A DNA stretch of 64,000 bases from a virus. Shown piece after piece: positions 1 through 9,500 of the stretch (within the stretch, counting starts at the first letter, position 1; each line of letters begins with the position of its first letter). A program made the translations under genes and the position numbers. The notes below the pieces were generated by a model. That model was not told the DNA's origin, made no database searches, and saw only the letters and a list, made by a program, of their open reading frames with translations. Location of the stretch: IMG/VR virus record IMGVR_UViG_3300036761_001135, positions 104,689 to 168,688 of that record; one strand, 5' to 3'.

Positions 1-1
1 C

Positions 2-211
2 TTCAGTGGGAGCCACGAGGTTATGTACCAGATCGGTCTGACCGGGGGCGGCATCCCGCGCTATGATCCCAGCCTGAATCCTACATGGATTGATCGCAAT
101 CCATTCGGTTTCGAGGGGTTGACCGGCGCGTGGCACTGGAGGCTGACGAATCTAGGCGGGACGACGGTGACATTTCGCGTGACGGTGCGCTGTCACGGGA
201 CGAGGAGTTGA
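2..211 (+). CDS. C-terminal part of a virion-associated protein (5'-truncated by the window)
   Basis: Frame is open from position 2 to the stop at 211; sits directly upstream of the structural genes. Confidence 0.6.
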   Translation, partial: FSGSHEVMYQIGLTGGGIPRYDPSLNPTWIDRNPFGFEGLTGAWHWRLTNLGGTTVTFRVTVRCHGTRS

Positions 212-212
212 C

Positions 213-1250
213 ATGGCCGCACCGACAAGAACGAAAACGTGGGTGAAGCATTCGCATTACGTGGTAACGGCTGATGCTCCGACGCCACAGGCTGGGCAAA
301 CGGTAGACCGTAGCGCGGCACGGTACATCATGCACCTCATCAAGACGCAGTGGATCGCCATGGGGGGCACGGTGGCGCGCAGTTGCGGGTACTACGATGC
401 CGGAGGTGGTGCGGCATGGCATTACGGGGCAGCGGACCATTGGCCAGATGCGGCATCGGTGCGGTGGAAAGAGGGCGACGGAAAGTTCGGTTGGGTCGTG
501 TTGAAGAACACGAACATGCACAGCGGAGGTAACGGCTTCCAGGTACTTTTGGCTCTGACCAGAGATCGCACGCTTACATACTACATGACGATGGCGGTCT
601 CGTTGGAGGCGGGCTTCACGGATGGGACCGAGACGACGCGCCCGACAGCGACGGATGAGGTGATCGTTTACAACGATGAGGCGTGGTATTCGACTGCCGG
701 GGCGGGATACTCGCAGTGTCCGATGTCGCTGAATATCTGGTACGCTAACGATGGAACCAGTTTCCGTGTATTTGGTTGTGGAGTGGCGGCAGAAGAGACT
801 TATAGAACTTTAAATCCGTGGATGTTCGAGAAGTTGGTAGACGCGCCGACCTGGCTAGATAAGCCGGTTGCTTTTGGGGCCATGTGGTGGCGGAGAACCA
901 GCATGGTGGGTGATCCGCCCGCATCATTTAGGCGCATGTTTTTCTGCTGCGACGACTTGGTAGCGATTCAGGCGATGATGTCTGTCGAGGGCATTTATGG
1001 CCTTGGACCGCTGACACAGCATGCAGCCTGTCAGGTATCTGACATGGGTGGATCGTGGCCGGTGTTTCCGGTGTCTGTGATAAGTATATATCCGTCTGTT
1101 CCCGGGTACATAGGGAAACTGGTTGACTTCTGGGCCGTACCGGATGCGTTGGCCAGCGGGGACTACATGCCAGGGGATGGGTCGATGGCGATGGCGGTGG
1201 TGCAGGACGTGTTGCAGGGAAATGACGGGACAGCCGTCATGATATCGTAG
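213..1250 (+). CDS. Hypothetical virion protein, paralogue A
   Basis: 345 aa, GGAG RBS; shares GFTxG..RPTATDE and GGxWPVF..G..G...D.WA.P with the next ORF. Confidence 0.8.
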   Translation: MAAPTRTKTWVKHSHYVVTADAPTPQAGQTVDRSAARYIMHLIKTQWIAMGGTVARSCGYYDAGGGAAWHYGAADHWPDAASVRWKEGDGKFGWVVLKNTNMHSGGNGFQVLLALTRDRTLTYYMTMAVSLEAGFTDGTETTRPTATDEVIVYNDEAWYSTAGAGYSQCPMSLNIWYANDGTSFRVFGCGVAAEETYRTLNPWMFEKLVDAPTWLDKPVAFGAMWWRRTSMVGDPPASFRRMFFCCDDLVAIQAMMSVEGIYGLGPLTQHAACQVSDMGGSWPVFPVSVISIYPSVPGYIGKLVDFWAVPDALASGDYMPGDGSMAMAVVQDVLQGNDGTAVMIS

Positions 1251-1259
1251 GAGGTTCGC

Positions 1260-2240
1260 ATGAGTGGACTCAGTCGGATCAGGGCGTATGCGAACAAGCG
1301 CATGATAGTGTATGGGACACTAACTACAACTTATTATGACAATATGTTTTGGATGATCAAGGAGGCCATGCAGTACGGCACGAACGGGGTCAAAGTGGGG
1401 GGCATAGCGGCGTGGACGGTTGTGGGTAGTAGCAATAGCGTGAATTTCAATATGGCTGGCACGGATTTGTTAGTCGCACCGGCAAACATCGTGCAGGCTA
1501 CTGGAAATCACTCGTGGATCGTGTTGCAGCAGCCGTTGCAGGGGGCCGCACCGGGCTATCTTCAGGTCTGCTTTGATTGGAATAGTGCGTCAGGCGGGTC
1601 TATGTCGATGGCCTTTTCTGTATCCGCAGGATTTACAGTTGGAGCGATTAATGCTCGACCGACCGCGACAGATGAGGTCGTTATGTTCACGGCTGGGGCG
1701 GTTTTTGGAGGCACGACGAGTACGGGTAGTTGCGGTGTGAACTGCCTAAAGAGTACGGATGGAAAGTCTACGCGCATTGTTGTCACGCGGGACGGGGCAT
1801 TAGAGACGCGGGGGTTTTGGATGTTCGATGAGCTGATCGATATCGAGAGTTACTGGATCTCGAAGAGTATCGTTTGTGCTACGAGCTTGACTCACGCAAT
1901 GTTGAGTGGTGGGGCGAACATTTTCAACTATCAGGGTGGAAGCCATTCAGGTCGACTGACATGGGCGGGGATGACAAGTTACGTGTTGTCGGAGCAGTTT
2001 GCGGTTCCGACGATGCATCGCCCTAGTTATGGTGGAGAGTGGCCGGTGTTCAAGGTAGGCTTCTGTAACACGGTGGGCACCAACAAAGGGTGGCTAGGGT
2101 CGGTAGCGGATATGTGGGCGGCTCCATACACGATGCCAACAGGCCAGTATTTGGGGTCGTCTCTCGGGGGAGAATTTCAGTACGTCAACATTGGAGGCTT
2201 GGTGTTCCCCTGGACCGGGGAGCCCCTGGCGTTGCCATAA
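1260..2240 (+). CDS. Hypothetical virion protein, paralogue B
   Basis: 326 aa, GGAGG RBS; tandem paralogue of 213-1250. Confidence 0.8.
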   Translation: MSGLSRIRAYANKRMIVYGTLTTTYYDNMFWMIKEAMQYGTNGVKVGGIAAWTVVGSSNSVNFNMAGTDLLVAPANIVQATGNHSWIVLQQPLQGAAPGYLQVCFDWNSASGGSMSMAFSVSAGFTVGAINARPTATDEVVMFTAGAVFGGTTSTGSCGVNCLKSTDGKSTRIVVTRDGALETRGFWMFDELIDIESYWISKSIVCATSLTHAMLSGGANIFNYQGGSHSGRLTWAGMTSYVLSEQFAVPTMHRPSYGGEWPVFKVGFCNTVGTNKGWLGSVADMWAAPYTMPTGQYLGSSLGGEFQYVNIGGLVFPWTGEPLALP

Positions 2241-2413
2241 TGGCGAACCTGACTGGGACATTGGGTTCTGGCGAGATCGATATGCCGAGTAGCGAACTCG
2301 ATGGCATAGATGGCGACGGGGAGATCGATCTCGTCAGTTGGGGTGGCAGTCCGCCTGAGTCTCCGTGTGAGCCCGTGCGGTCTATTCCGCGTCTCGTCCG
2401 CACGGATCCGTAG
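2240..2413 (+). CDS. Small acidic hypothetical protein
   Basis: TAATG stop/start coupling with the upstream gene; 57 aa starting MANLTGTLGSGEID. Confidence 0.5.
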   Translation: MANLTGTLGSGEIDMPSSELDGIDGDGEIDLVSWGGSPPESPCEPVRSIPRLVRTDP

Positions 2414-2499
2414 GCGCGTGGGAAGTGGAGGTCGTGATATCGTCCAGATGGTGCAACCGGCGTCTCGATCCGGTATTCTATCCGGGTTAGGAGAACAGC

Positions 2500-4056
2500 A
2501 TGGCGCAGGCGAGTAATACAGGACATTTTCAGTGGCCGATTCCGAATTGGAACGCCGACTGGCAGAAGTGGCAGCAGATGTTCGGGACGTTTGCCCACGG
2601 GGTGGACGCCTGCGTCTTTGGCATCCTAGAGCACATCACAGTGCTCGCCAAGACGCTCCCGAGCGCGGTGATCATCGACCCGGGGACGCATGTGTTTTCG
2701 CAGAACGCGGCGGCGGTCTTCGTCTCGCGGACGCTTCAGACACAGATCTACGTGGGGCCGACCCCGTTGACGTTGATTCCGGGGGCGCTGGTGTGCGCGT
2801 CTCTTCAGCCGGGAGCGGTTGGTCCACAGGTTGTGGATTGGGAGTTGCGGGATGGAAGCACTCCGGTCGATCCGGCATTGGTCGTGTTTGGAGTGGTGGC
2901 GGACGACTATGCGATCCGCTGGTACAACGGGGCGCGGTTGCCGCTGGGCACGGCTATGGTGTTGTTCGAATTTCCAGGCGGGAGTGGGCCGGGCGGTGGA
3001 TTAGATCCAGCGCCGTTCCTGACGCTTTCGGCGAACACGGTGCTGACCGAATCTCAAAACGGGCAGTATTTCGAGACGAATAATGTTGGGGGCACGGTAA
3101 CAGTGACGCTGCCGACCGACCCGACGGACGGCATGCAGTACACGGTGGTTGCTGGGAAGGGCACTACGACCGTCGTGGAGGCAGGTGGGACGAACGGCAT
3201 ACTCTGGCCGCAGTCCACGGTGAGCGTGCCCCTGGTGCCTGATTTGCGGGCGGCTCCGACGACGTTGGCACCTGTTCGATTGACGATCACGGCGAAGGAT
3301 CTCACGGCGTTTGGGATCTCGGAGATCGCGTGGATAGCGACGTCGGCGACGGGGTTGTGGACAGACGCGGTGAGTGGCAAGGCGTTTGACTTCAATTTCC
3401 CGGTGACGGTGAGTAGCGGGTTGCTCATCGACGATCCTTTGGTTGGGACCAAGTCGGTGGCGGGTGCGCCTGCGTTGGTAAGTGACGCAGCGGCGGTGAC
3501 ACCGTTCCGGCTGAAGTGCGAGTCGGACACCCATTTGCGCAGCGTGGACATGACGGTGACGCGAACCCAGGTTCGTGCCTTACTGGAGAGCTACCACGGG
3601 TCGGCCTCGGTGGTCCCGGTTGCGTTTACGGTGAACACCACGGTGTTTGCAGCGGTGGCAGACGACGGGTGGGTGGCCACGTTCAAGGTCGGAGCGAACA
3701 CGTCGGGTGCAGCGGTTCCAATCGTTGTGCAGAACGAGGGCGTGGTGACCGAGATTTCCATTGGAGACGCGCCATTTGTCCACAGCATTACCTGCTCGCA
3801 GCTTGGGGCGAGTATCATCCTGCGGCACACGGGAAATCCGCTGGGGTCGCGTGGCCGGTTCCAAGTCATAGCGGGGTCTGGCACATGGACGGACAATCTT
3901 GGTGGCGTGCATGTTTTCGATAGTTTGGGCGCGCTGGACGGGGCTGCGAATCCCAATGGGATCGTGACCGGGGTTCTTGGGCAGTCGTACTATCAGACAG
4001 GGGTGGGCGTATTTTGGATCAATATAGACGGCAGCACGGAATGGATCGTACAGTAG
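2500..4056 (+). CDS. Tail-fibre-like structural protein
   Basis: 518 aa, AGGAG RBS; VTVTLP..P.DG.QY motif; C-terminal NPNG.VTG.LG motif shared with the next ORF. Confidence 0.7.
   Translation: MAQASNTGHFQWPIPNWNADWQKWQQMFGTFAHGVDACVFGILEHITVLAKTLPSAVIIDPGTHVFSQNAAAVFVSRTLQTQIYVGPTPLTLIPGALVCASLQPGAVGPQVVDWELRDGSTPVDPALVVFGVVADDYAIRWYNGARLPLGTAMVLFEFPGGSGPGGGLDPAPFLTLSANTVLTESQNGQYFETNNVGGTVTVTLPTDPTDGMQYTVVAGKGTTTVVEAGGTNGILWPQSTVSVPLVPDLRAAPTTLAPVRLTITAKDLTAFGISEIAWIATSATGLWTDAVSGKAFDFNFPVTVSSGLLIDDPLVGTKSVAGAPALVSDAAAVTPFRLKCESDTHLRSVDMTVTRTQVRALLESYHGSASVVPVAFTVNTTVFAAVADDGWVATFKVGANTSGAAVPIVVQNEGVVTEISIGDAPFVHSITCSQLGASIILRHTGNPLGSRGRFQVIAGSGTWTDNLGGVHVFDSLGALDGAANPNGIVTGVLGQSYYQTGVGVFWINIDGSTEWIVQ
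3562..3575. repeat. Dispersed palindrome copy 1 (intragenic)
   Basis: CGAACCCAGGTTCG. Confidence 0.85.
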
Positions 4057-4109
4057 CGTAAAGTTACACGGTTCTCGGCAATATCGCCGGGTCACAAAGG
4101 AGTTCACCA

Positions 4110-5261
4110 ATGGCAGGGTTCACCAGTCCGTATCGCTACCACAACTTCATCGGCAATCACGCAAACAAAGCAGCGGCCAAGACGTTCTTCGAGACCACCC
4201 TGGGCTGGGGCACGATGGGCGCGAGCGTCGGCCTTGGCGTCTCCTACTGGGACGACACAGCCGTGTTGATCAAGGTCTGGAACGGCTCGGATTTTGTAGC
4301 CCTAACTGCCGCGACTCCGGCACTGAGCGCAGTGCTCGCGGTTGGCGCGGACGCGAACTCTGTCGTCATCACGAACCTCGGAGCGCCGAACAATGCAGGC
4401 GATGCGGCGACCAAGGGATACGTGGACAGCGTGGCCACGGGCCTCATGTGGAAGCCCCCGGTCCTCGTGATCAACATGGTGAGCAACGCTGACCAAAGCG
4501 GAGCCGACCCGACCGGCATGGTCAAGGGCGACTGCTACGTCGTGAACAACTGGCTCACCACGGATTGGGACGATGGCGACATCGTGGAGTACAGCGGCAC
4601 GGCGTGGGTACGTATCCAAGCCGCGACGACTGGCGAGCCTGCCGATGGCACACGCGTTATCGTGAAGGCGACTGGCGCGGCGGGATCGTTCGTGGGCCAG
4701 GCCAACAAGGTCTCCACCTACAACGCCACGACAGACGCCTGGGCACATGCGGCTCCGGCAGACGGTTGGGCGGCGCTGGTCATCGGTAACGGCGGCATCT
4801 GGAGCGACACCGGCTGGACCTACACCGGATCGGCGTGGGTACAGTTCACTGGCGCTGGCCAGATCAACGCTGGTTCCGGTCTCACCAAGGACGGAAACAC
4901 TCTGAACGTCGGTAAGGGCGACGGCATCGCGGTCGGTAACGACACCGTGGGCATCGACCTGACCTCCAGCAACCCCGGCTTAGAGCTGACTGGCACCAGC
5001 CCGAACAAGACCCTGCAAGTCATGGCGGACGGAGCCCACGGTATCGTGCGCGGCGCGTCCGGCGTCGAGATCGAGCTGGCGGCCACGGCGGCCAAGGGCG
5101 GTCTGGTCGTCGACTCCGATGGCGTGCGCTCGATGCAGTTCAACGCTGGCAACCCCAACAGCGTCGTGACCGGCGTGCTGGGCGAGTTCTGCCTGGATAC
5201 CACGAGCAAGGTGCTCTACGTCTGCACGACGGCGGGCAGCGCCAACTGGAACGTGGTCTGA
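4110..5261 (+). CDS. Tail/head fibre-like protein
   Basis: DAATKGYVD motif, WVQFTGAGQI.AG.GLTK.GNTLNV fibre motif, AGGAG RBS. Confidence 0.75.
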   Translation: MAGFTSPYRYHNFIGNHANKAAAKTFFETTLGWGTMGASVGLGVSYWDDTAVLIKVWNGSDFVALTAATPALSAVLAVGADANSVVITNLGAPNNAGDAATKGYVDSVATGLMWKPPVLVINMVSNADQSGADPTGMVKGDCYVVNNWLTTDWDDGDIVEYSGTAWVRIQAATTGEPADGTRVIVKATGAAGSFVGQANKVSTYNATTDAWAHAAPADGWAALVIGNGGIWSDTGWTYTGSAWVQFTGAGQINAGSGLTKDGNTLNVGKGDGIAVGNDTVGIDLTSSNPGLELTGTSPNKTLQVMADGAHGIVRGASGVEIELAATAAKGGLVVDSDGVRSMQFNAGNPNSVVTGVLGEFCLDTTSKVLYVCTTAGSANWNVV

Positions 5262-5275
5262 CGATCTCGGGATCT

Positions 5276-5338
5276 GTGGGGTCGGGTAGACGGTCTCTTG
5301 TGCTTTTCTCCTCTGGCTACCCGGCCCCGCCTTTTTTT
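5276..5338 (+). terminator. Putative intrinsic terminator
   Basis: GTGGGGTCGGGTAG / CTACCCGGCCCCGC stem (long loop) followed by T7, just after the stop at 5261. Confidence 0.55.
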
Positions 5339-5361
5339 GAGTTGCGCGATGAGGTGCCTGC

Positions 5362-5560
5362 TTGACATCCTCCGCCCGTTAAAGAAGGCGGATTCCTGAA
5401 GGAAGAATGCTAGGCATTGTTTACAACAGGTTGGTTCACAGTTCGACGACCGCTGCGTGTCTTGGCGAGTGCCTTGCTACGTCTTCTGCGGTCTCCCTGT
5501 GCGTTTATTCTGTCAGTCTGTCCGACCGCCAGTATATTCAGCGCGGCGTTGTGGTCCCGG
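5362..5560 (-). ncRNA. Putative omega/reRNA scaffold of TnpB
   Basis: TnpB reRNAs derive from the right end and overlap the 3' end of tnpB; right-end hairpin and TCAA terminus are present. 5' boundary is a guess. Confidence 0.55.
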
Positions 5561-6606
5561 TCGTGGACGACGCCGCATATCGGGCACGCCCATTCACGAA
5601 TCGACAACGGCAGCGCACTAACAACGTGGCCACAATCGTGACACCGTTTGCTGGATGGGAAGAAGCGGTCAATCTTGACCATCTCCTTGCCGTACCAGGC
5701 GCACTTGTACTCAAGCAGGCCCACGAATTTGCTCATCGAGGCATCGCTGAGCGCCTGGGCCAGGCAGTGGTTGCGGACCATGCCACGCACGTTCAGGTCT
5801 TCGACGCAAATCACGTCGAAGCGGCGCACAAGGTTGGTAGTGACCTTCTGCATGTGGTCGATGCGGGTATCCGCAATGCGGGAGTGGATGCGGGCAACTT
5901 TGAGACGTTGACGCTCGCGGCGGTGACTGCCTTTCTGTTTGCGGGCCAGGGATTTTTGCGCCTTGGCCAGTTTGCGGAGCTTTTGTTTGAGCAGGCGAGG
6001 GTTAACGATGTGCTCGCCGTTCGAGAGCGTGGCGAGTCGGTTGATGCCCATGTCTATCCCGATGACATCGCCAGTTTTGGGCAGCGGTTGGATGGTCTCG
6101 TCGAGCACCAGGGTCACGAAGTACCGGCCATCCATGTGCTTGGCTATCGTCACAGTGGTGGGGGTACTGGTGAATGGGCGCGACCAGCGAACATCCAAGC
6201 GGCCAAGCTTAGCGATGGTCAGGTGGAGATGGGTAGCGTTCCAGTCAAAGGCACTAGCGGTGTATTCCGCAGATTGATGACCACGTTTTTTCTTAAAGGA
6301 CGGGTACGACGTGCGCTTCTCGAAGAAGTTCACGAAAGCGGTTTGCAGGTGTCGCAATGTTTGCTGCGTGGGCACGGACGAGATTTCGTAGAGCCACGCG
6401 GTCTCGGGTTGCTTCTTGAGTTTGGTCAGTGCATTCGACGATGCCTCATATGTCATCCGAGAACCGTTGTGGTAGGCGTCGGTGCGGGCGCGAAGAGCCC
6501 AGTTATAGACGAAGCGACAAGCGCCAAAGGTGCGTGCGAGGATGCGTTGTTGGTCCTCCGTTGGGTACACGCGAAATTGATAACGCATCTTCACAGAAAA
6601 CGGCAT
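5410..6606 (-). CDS. tnpB: RNA-guided endonuclease TnpB
   Basis: HTH RYQFRVYPT..FGACRFVYN; RuvC GIDMG / VEDL / DRDHNAALNI; Zn ribbon CHDCG..CPICG. Start is uncertain (6591, 6606 or 6630). Confidence 0.96.
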   Translation of the reverse strand: MPFSVKMRYQFRVYPTEDQQRILARTFGACRFVYNWALRARTDAYHNGSRMTYEASSNALTKLKKQPETAWLYEISSVPTQQTLRHLQTAFVNFFEKRTSYPSFKKKRGHQSAEYTASAFDWNATHLHLTIAKLGRLDVRWSRPFTSTPTTVTIAKHMDGRYFVTLVLDETIQPLPKTGDVIGIDMGINRLATLSNGEHIVNPRLLKQKLRKLAKAQKSLARKQKGSHRRERQRLKVARIHSRIADTRIDHMQKVTTNLVRRFDVICVEDLNVRGMVRNHCLAQALSDASMSKFVGLLEYKCAWYGKEMVKIDRFFPSSKRCHDCGHVVSALPLSIREWACPICGVVHDRDHNAALNILAVGQTDRINAQGDRRRRSKALAKTRSGRRTVNQPVVNNA

Positions 6607-6692
6607 AATCCTGTAAATGCAGTCTGTCAACGAGGAAAGGAATGGCGCTTTTGCTGTCGTCTGAACGTGACGGTCTGAGCGCCTAAAATAAG

Positions 6693-9464
6693 ATGAGTTT
6701 GACGATGCCTTACGGGCAGAACCACTACATGGGCGAGTGCGCCACCGAGTCGGCGGCGCTGGTGTGGATTCGTGACAATAAGTGGGACAGCGCGGGGAAC
6801 GGCACTGGCAATCCGAAGGCTGGCATGGCGTTCTTCGATACGGGGGCGACCAAGCTCAAGGTGCATGACGGCAGCGCGTGGGTTGGACTAGGTAGCGCGA
6901 GTGCGGCAGGATCGACGGGCTACGTCCAGTTCAATACTGGCGGGGTATTTGATGCCGAGGCCGCTCTCTTTTGGGATAAGTCGAATGACCGACTGGGCGT
7001 AGGGTGTTCGAATCCATCATATGGGATTGAGGCTTCCAAGGATGGAGCACAGTCCGTCTGTATTTCAAGTTTTGGCACTGGCGTTTCGCCAAGCGTCATC
7101 ATGCAACGCGGTCGCGGGTCGCGGGCGAGTTATTCAGCCATCAGCAGTGGAGACCTATTGGGGTCGGTTCGATTTGCAGGTTTTTACGACACTTCATCGG
7201 TCAGTTATGCCTCTGGGCAGATCCAGGTGGTGGCGACGGAGAATTGGAGCGGTAGTGCGTTTGGTGCGGAGATGCAGTTCCATACAGCTCCAAACGGTTC
7301 TGCTGGCATTACGCAGCGCATGGTGATCACACAGGACGGCAGGTTTGGCTTTGGAGTAGCAGCGCCAGCGACGTTTATGCACTTACAGGCCGAGGCGAGC
7401 ACGACGATCACGGCAGCGACCTATAGCAGCAGTGCGAGTGCGGCGCTGAACTTATTTCGAGCGCGGAACACGGTGGCTGTTCCACAGAATGTTCAGTTGG
7501 GCGACTATCTGGGGACTATCGCTTTTCGCGGGTACGTTGGAGGTGGGGCTACAGCGGGTCAGATTCAAGCAGTAGCGACGGAGAACTGGTCGGCCAGCTC
7601 GGGGACTGCGTTGACGTTTTGGACCTACCCGAACACCACGGGAGCGCTGACCGAGCGCGTGCGGATCGATCAGTCTGGGTACGTTGGCGTTGGAACGACG
7701 GCACCGACTTGGCAGGTCCATGCGTCTAGGGCAGGGGATGCGACGATAGGATCGACAGCGTATGGCACGGGCTATCGAGGCTATCTCCTCATGGCACATG
7801 CCAATGGGACGGAGGGAACGCCGACTACGCTTGGAAGTTATGACTATATCGGCCAGATCAGCTTTCTAGGGCACACGGGGACAGCGTTTCGTGGGGGAAC
7901 GGCGATTCGTTCTATGACGTCGGAGGCGTGGACTGAGTCAAACCGTGGTTGCCAGATTGAGATTTTTACAACGGCGAGTACAACGAGCACGGTTCGTCAG
8001 ATTGCGACGTTTGGGCAAGACGGATCTCTGACCATGGGAGTGGTTGGTACGTTGGGTGGCAAGATCGTGATGTCCGGTTTGACATCGGGAACATGTACGA
8101 TTCAGGTGGCGGCGGCGGCGGGCACGGTCACGTTTCAGTTGCCGTCGACCAATGGCACGAACGGGTATTTTCTCAGGACGGACGGGGCAGGCGTGACGAG
8201 TTGGGCTGTCGCAACAGCGATTCCAGCGGGCAGCACAACACAAGTCCAATACAATAATGCTGGAGCATTTGGCGCAGATAGTGGTTTCACTTTTGATAGC
8301 ACGAATAAAATAATCGATCTTGCTGGAAGTGCGGTGAATTCAGGGTTACGTGTCACGGTGGCAGGCACTTCAGCTTTCCCATTTTTAACGTTCAGACGCT
8401 ACAGGAATACCATTGCATCGCCACAGGCGGTTCAAAGTGGAGATGTGATTGGACAGATTGCTTTTGTTGGCTATGGAACCACAGGAAATTATACGGGTTC
8501 AAATTTTGTTGGGTATGCAGATGCTACATGGACGGATTCGTCATCTCCGGCTTACATACTTTTCAGGACTACTCCTGCTGCATCTACGATTCCTGTCGAG
8601 CGACTGCGCATCACGAGTACAGGACAGATCGCGACGGGAGCAGAGTCCGCACCAGATGTCGATCCAGGTGGACTCTGCATCCACCATGGAGCCAACGATG
8701 GGTATCCGTTGACGTTCAAGAACAGCGACGTCAACCATCCGTTCACGGCGATCTGCGAAGCGGACACGTATCTCCGTACCAACAAGACGGACTCCGCCGC
8801 AGGCGGCGCGAATTTCATCGGATTTGGCACAGGATCGGTCGGCATTGGCCTCTTGCTGGGAGGGGCCAACTCGAACCCCGTGAGTGGCACGTCCGATGGA
8901 TGCGTGGCCATCGTGGCATACAAGAGCAACGGGACGACGGGGTTTGCGGCGTTGGCCGCGACAGAGAATTTGGCGGCCTTCCGCAGCTATCAGACGACGC
9001 AGGTGATCATCAAGGGGTCGGGCGACATTCACACCGTGGCCGGGTTGAAGATCGGGGCCTATGGCCAGACGGCGGCGGCGGGGGCCATCGAATGGAACGG
9101 CACCAACTTCCGAGGGTACACGGGGAGCGTGTGGAAGAACTTGGACGCGAGTGGCGGGACCACGGTGGACGCGGGCACGGCCCAGGGCCAGGTCTTGTTC
9201 TGGAACAACGCGGGCAGCGCGTGGACCTACGCGGAGACTTCGGAGTGGATCTGGGATGACACCAACAAGCGGGTGGGCATCAATGAGGCAGCGCCCAGCT
9301 CGCGCCTGGACGTGGGCGGGGACGTGGAGATCGCCAGCAACGGCTGGCACTACTACGGCGACCCGAGCACGGACGGGTCATGGCGCACGGGGCGGGTGAG
9401 TGCGGATCTGGTGGTGCAGAAGCGGGAGAGCGGCACCTGGAATACGAAGCACACGTTCTCGTGA
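6693..9464 (+). CDS. Long tail fibre protein with four internal repeat modules
   Basis: 923 aa, Gly/Ser/Thr-rich; repeated R.RG..ASP.AV.SGD.LG.I.F.G..ER.RI..G module; N-terminus resembles that of 4110-5261. Confidence 0.8.
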   Translation: MSLTMPYGQNHYMGECATESAALVWIRDNKWDSAGNGTGNPKAGMAFFDTGATKLKVHDGSAWVGLGSASAAGSTGYVQFNTGGVFDAEAALFWDKSNDRLGVGCSNPSYGIEASKDGAQSVCISSFGTGVSPSVIMQRGRGSRASYSAISSGDLLGSVRFAGFYDTSSVSYASGQIQVVATENWSGSAFGAEMQFHTAPNGSAGITQRMVITQDGRFGFGVAAPATFMHLQAEASTTITAATYSSSASAALNLFRARNTVAVPQNVQLGDYLGTIAFRGYVGGGATAGQIQAVATENWSASSGTALTFWTYPNTTGALTERVRIDQSGYVGVGTTAPTWQVHASRAGDATIGSTAYGTGYRGYLLMAHANGTEGTPTTLGSYDYIGQISFLGHTGTAFRGGTAIRSMTSEAWTESNRGCQIEIFTTASTTSTVRQIATFGQDGSLTMGVVGTLGGKIVMSGLTSGTCTIQVAAAAGTVTFQLPSTNGTNGYFLRTDGAGVTSWAVATAIPAGSTTQVQYNNAGAFGADSGFTFDSTNKIIDLAGSAVNSGLRVTVAGTSAFPFLTFRRYRNTIASPQAVQSGDVIGQIAFVGYGTTGNYTGSNFVGYADATWTDSSSPAYILFRTTPAASTIPVERLRITSTGQIATGAESAPDVDPGGLCIHHGANDGYPLTFKNSDVNHPFTAICEADTYLRTNKTDSAAGGANFIGFGTGSVGIGLLLGGANSNPVSGTSDGCVAIVAYKSNGTTGFAALAATENLAAFRSYQTTQVIIKGSGDIHTVAGLKIGAYGQTAAAGAIEWNGTNFRGYTGSVWKNLDASGGTTVDAGTAQGQVLFWNNAGSAWTYAETSEWIWDDTNKRVGINEAAPSSRLDVGGDVEIASNGWHYYGDPSTDGSWRTGRVSADLVVQKRESGTWNTKHTFS

Positions 9465-9469
9465 GGACG

Positions 9470-9483
9470 CGAACCCAGGTTCG
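9470..9483. repeat. Dispersed palindrome copy 2
   Basis: CGAACCCAGGTTCG between the two fibre genes. Confidence 0.9.
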
Positions 9484-9500
9484 CCTGGTGAGGAGTACCG

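Larger units (their letters stand above)
5362..6687 (-). mobile_element. IS200/IS605-family element, tnpB only (IS1341-like)
   Basis: Right end on the minus strand reads GGAATCCGCC..GGCGGAGGATGTCAA, ending at 5362. Left-end hairpin GGCGCT..AGCGCC at about 6644-6683. Candidate TTAT target motif at 6688-6691. No tnpA. Left boundary is approximate. Confidence 0.85.

Noticed and set aside
5407-6678. 423-aa plus-strand ORF
   Set aside because: Antisense shadow of tnpB, which carries all the family motifs
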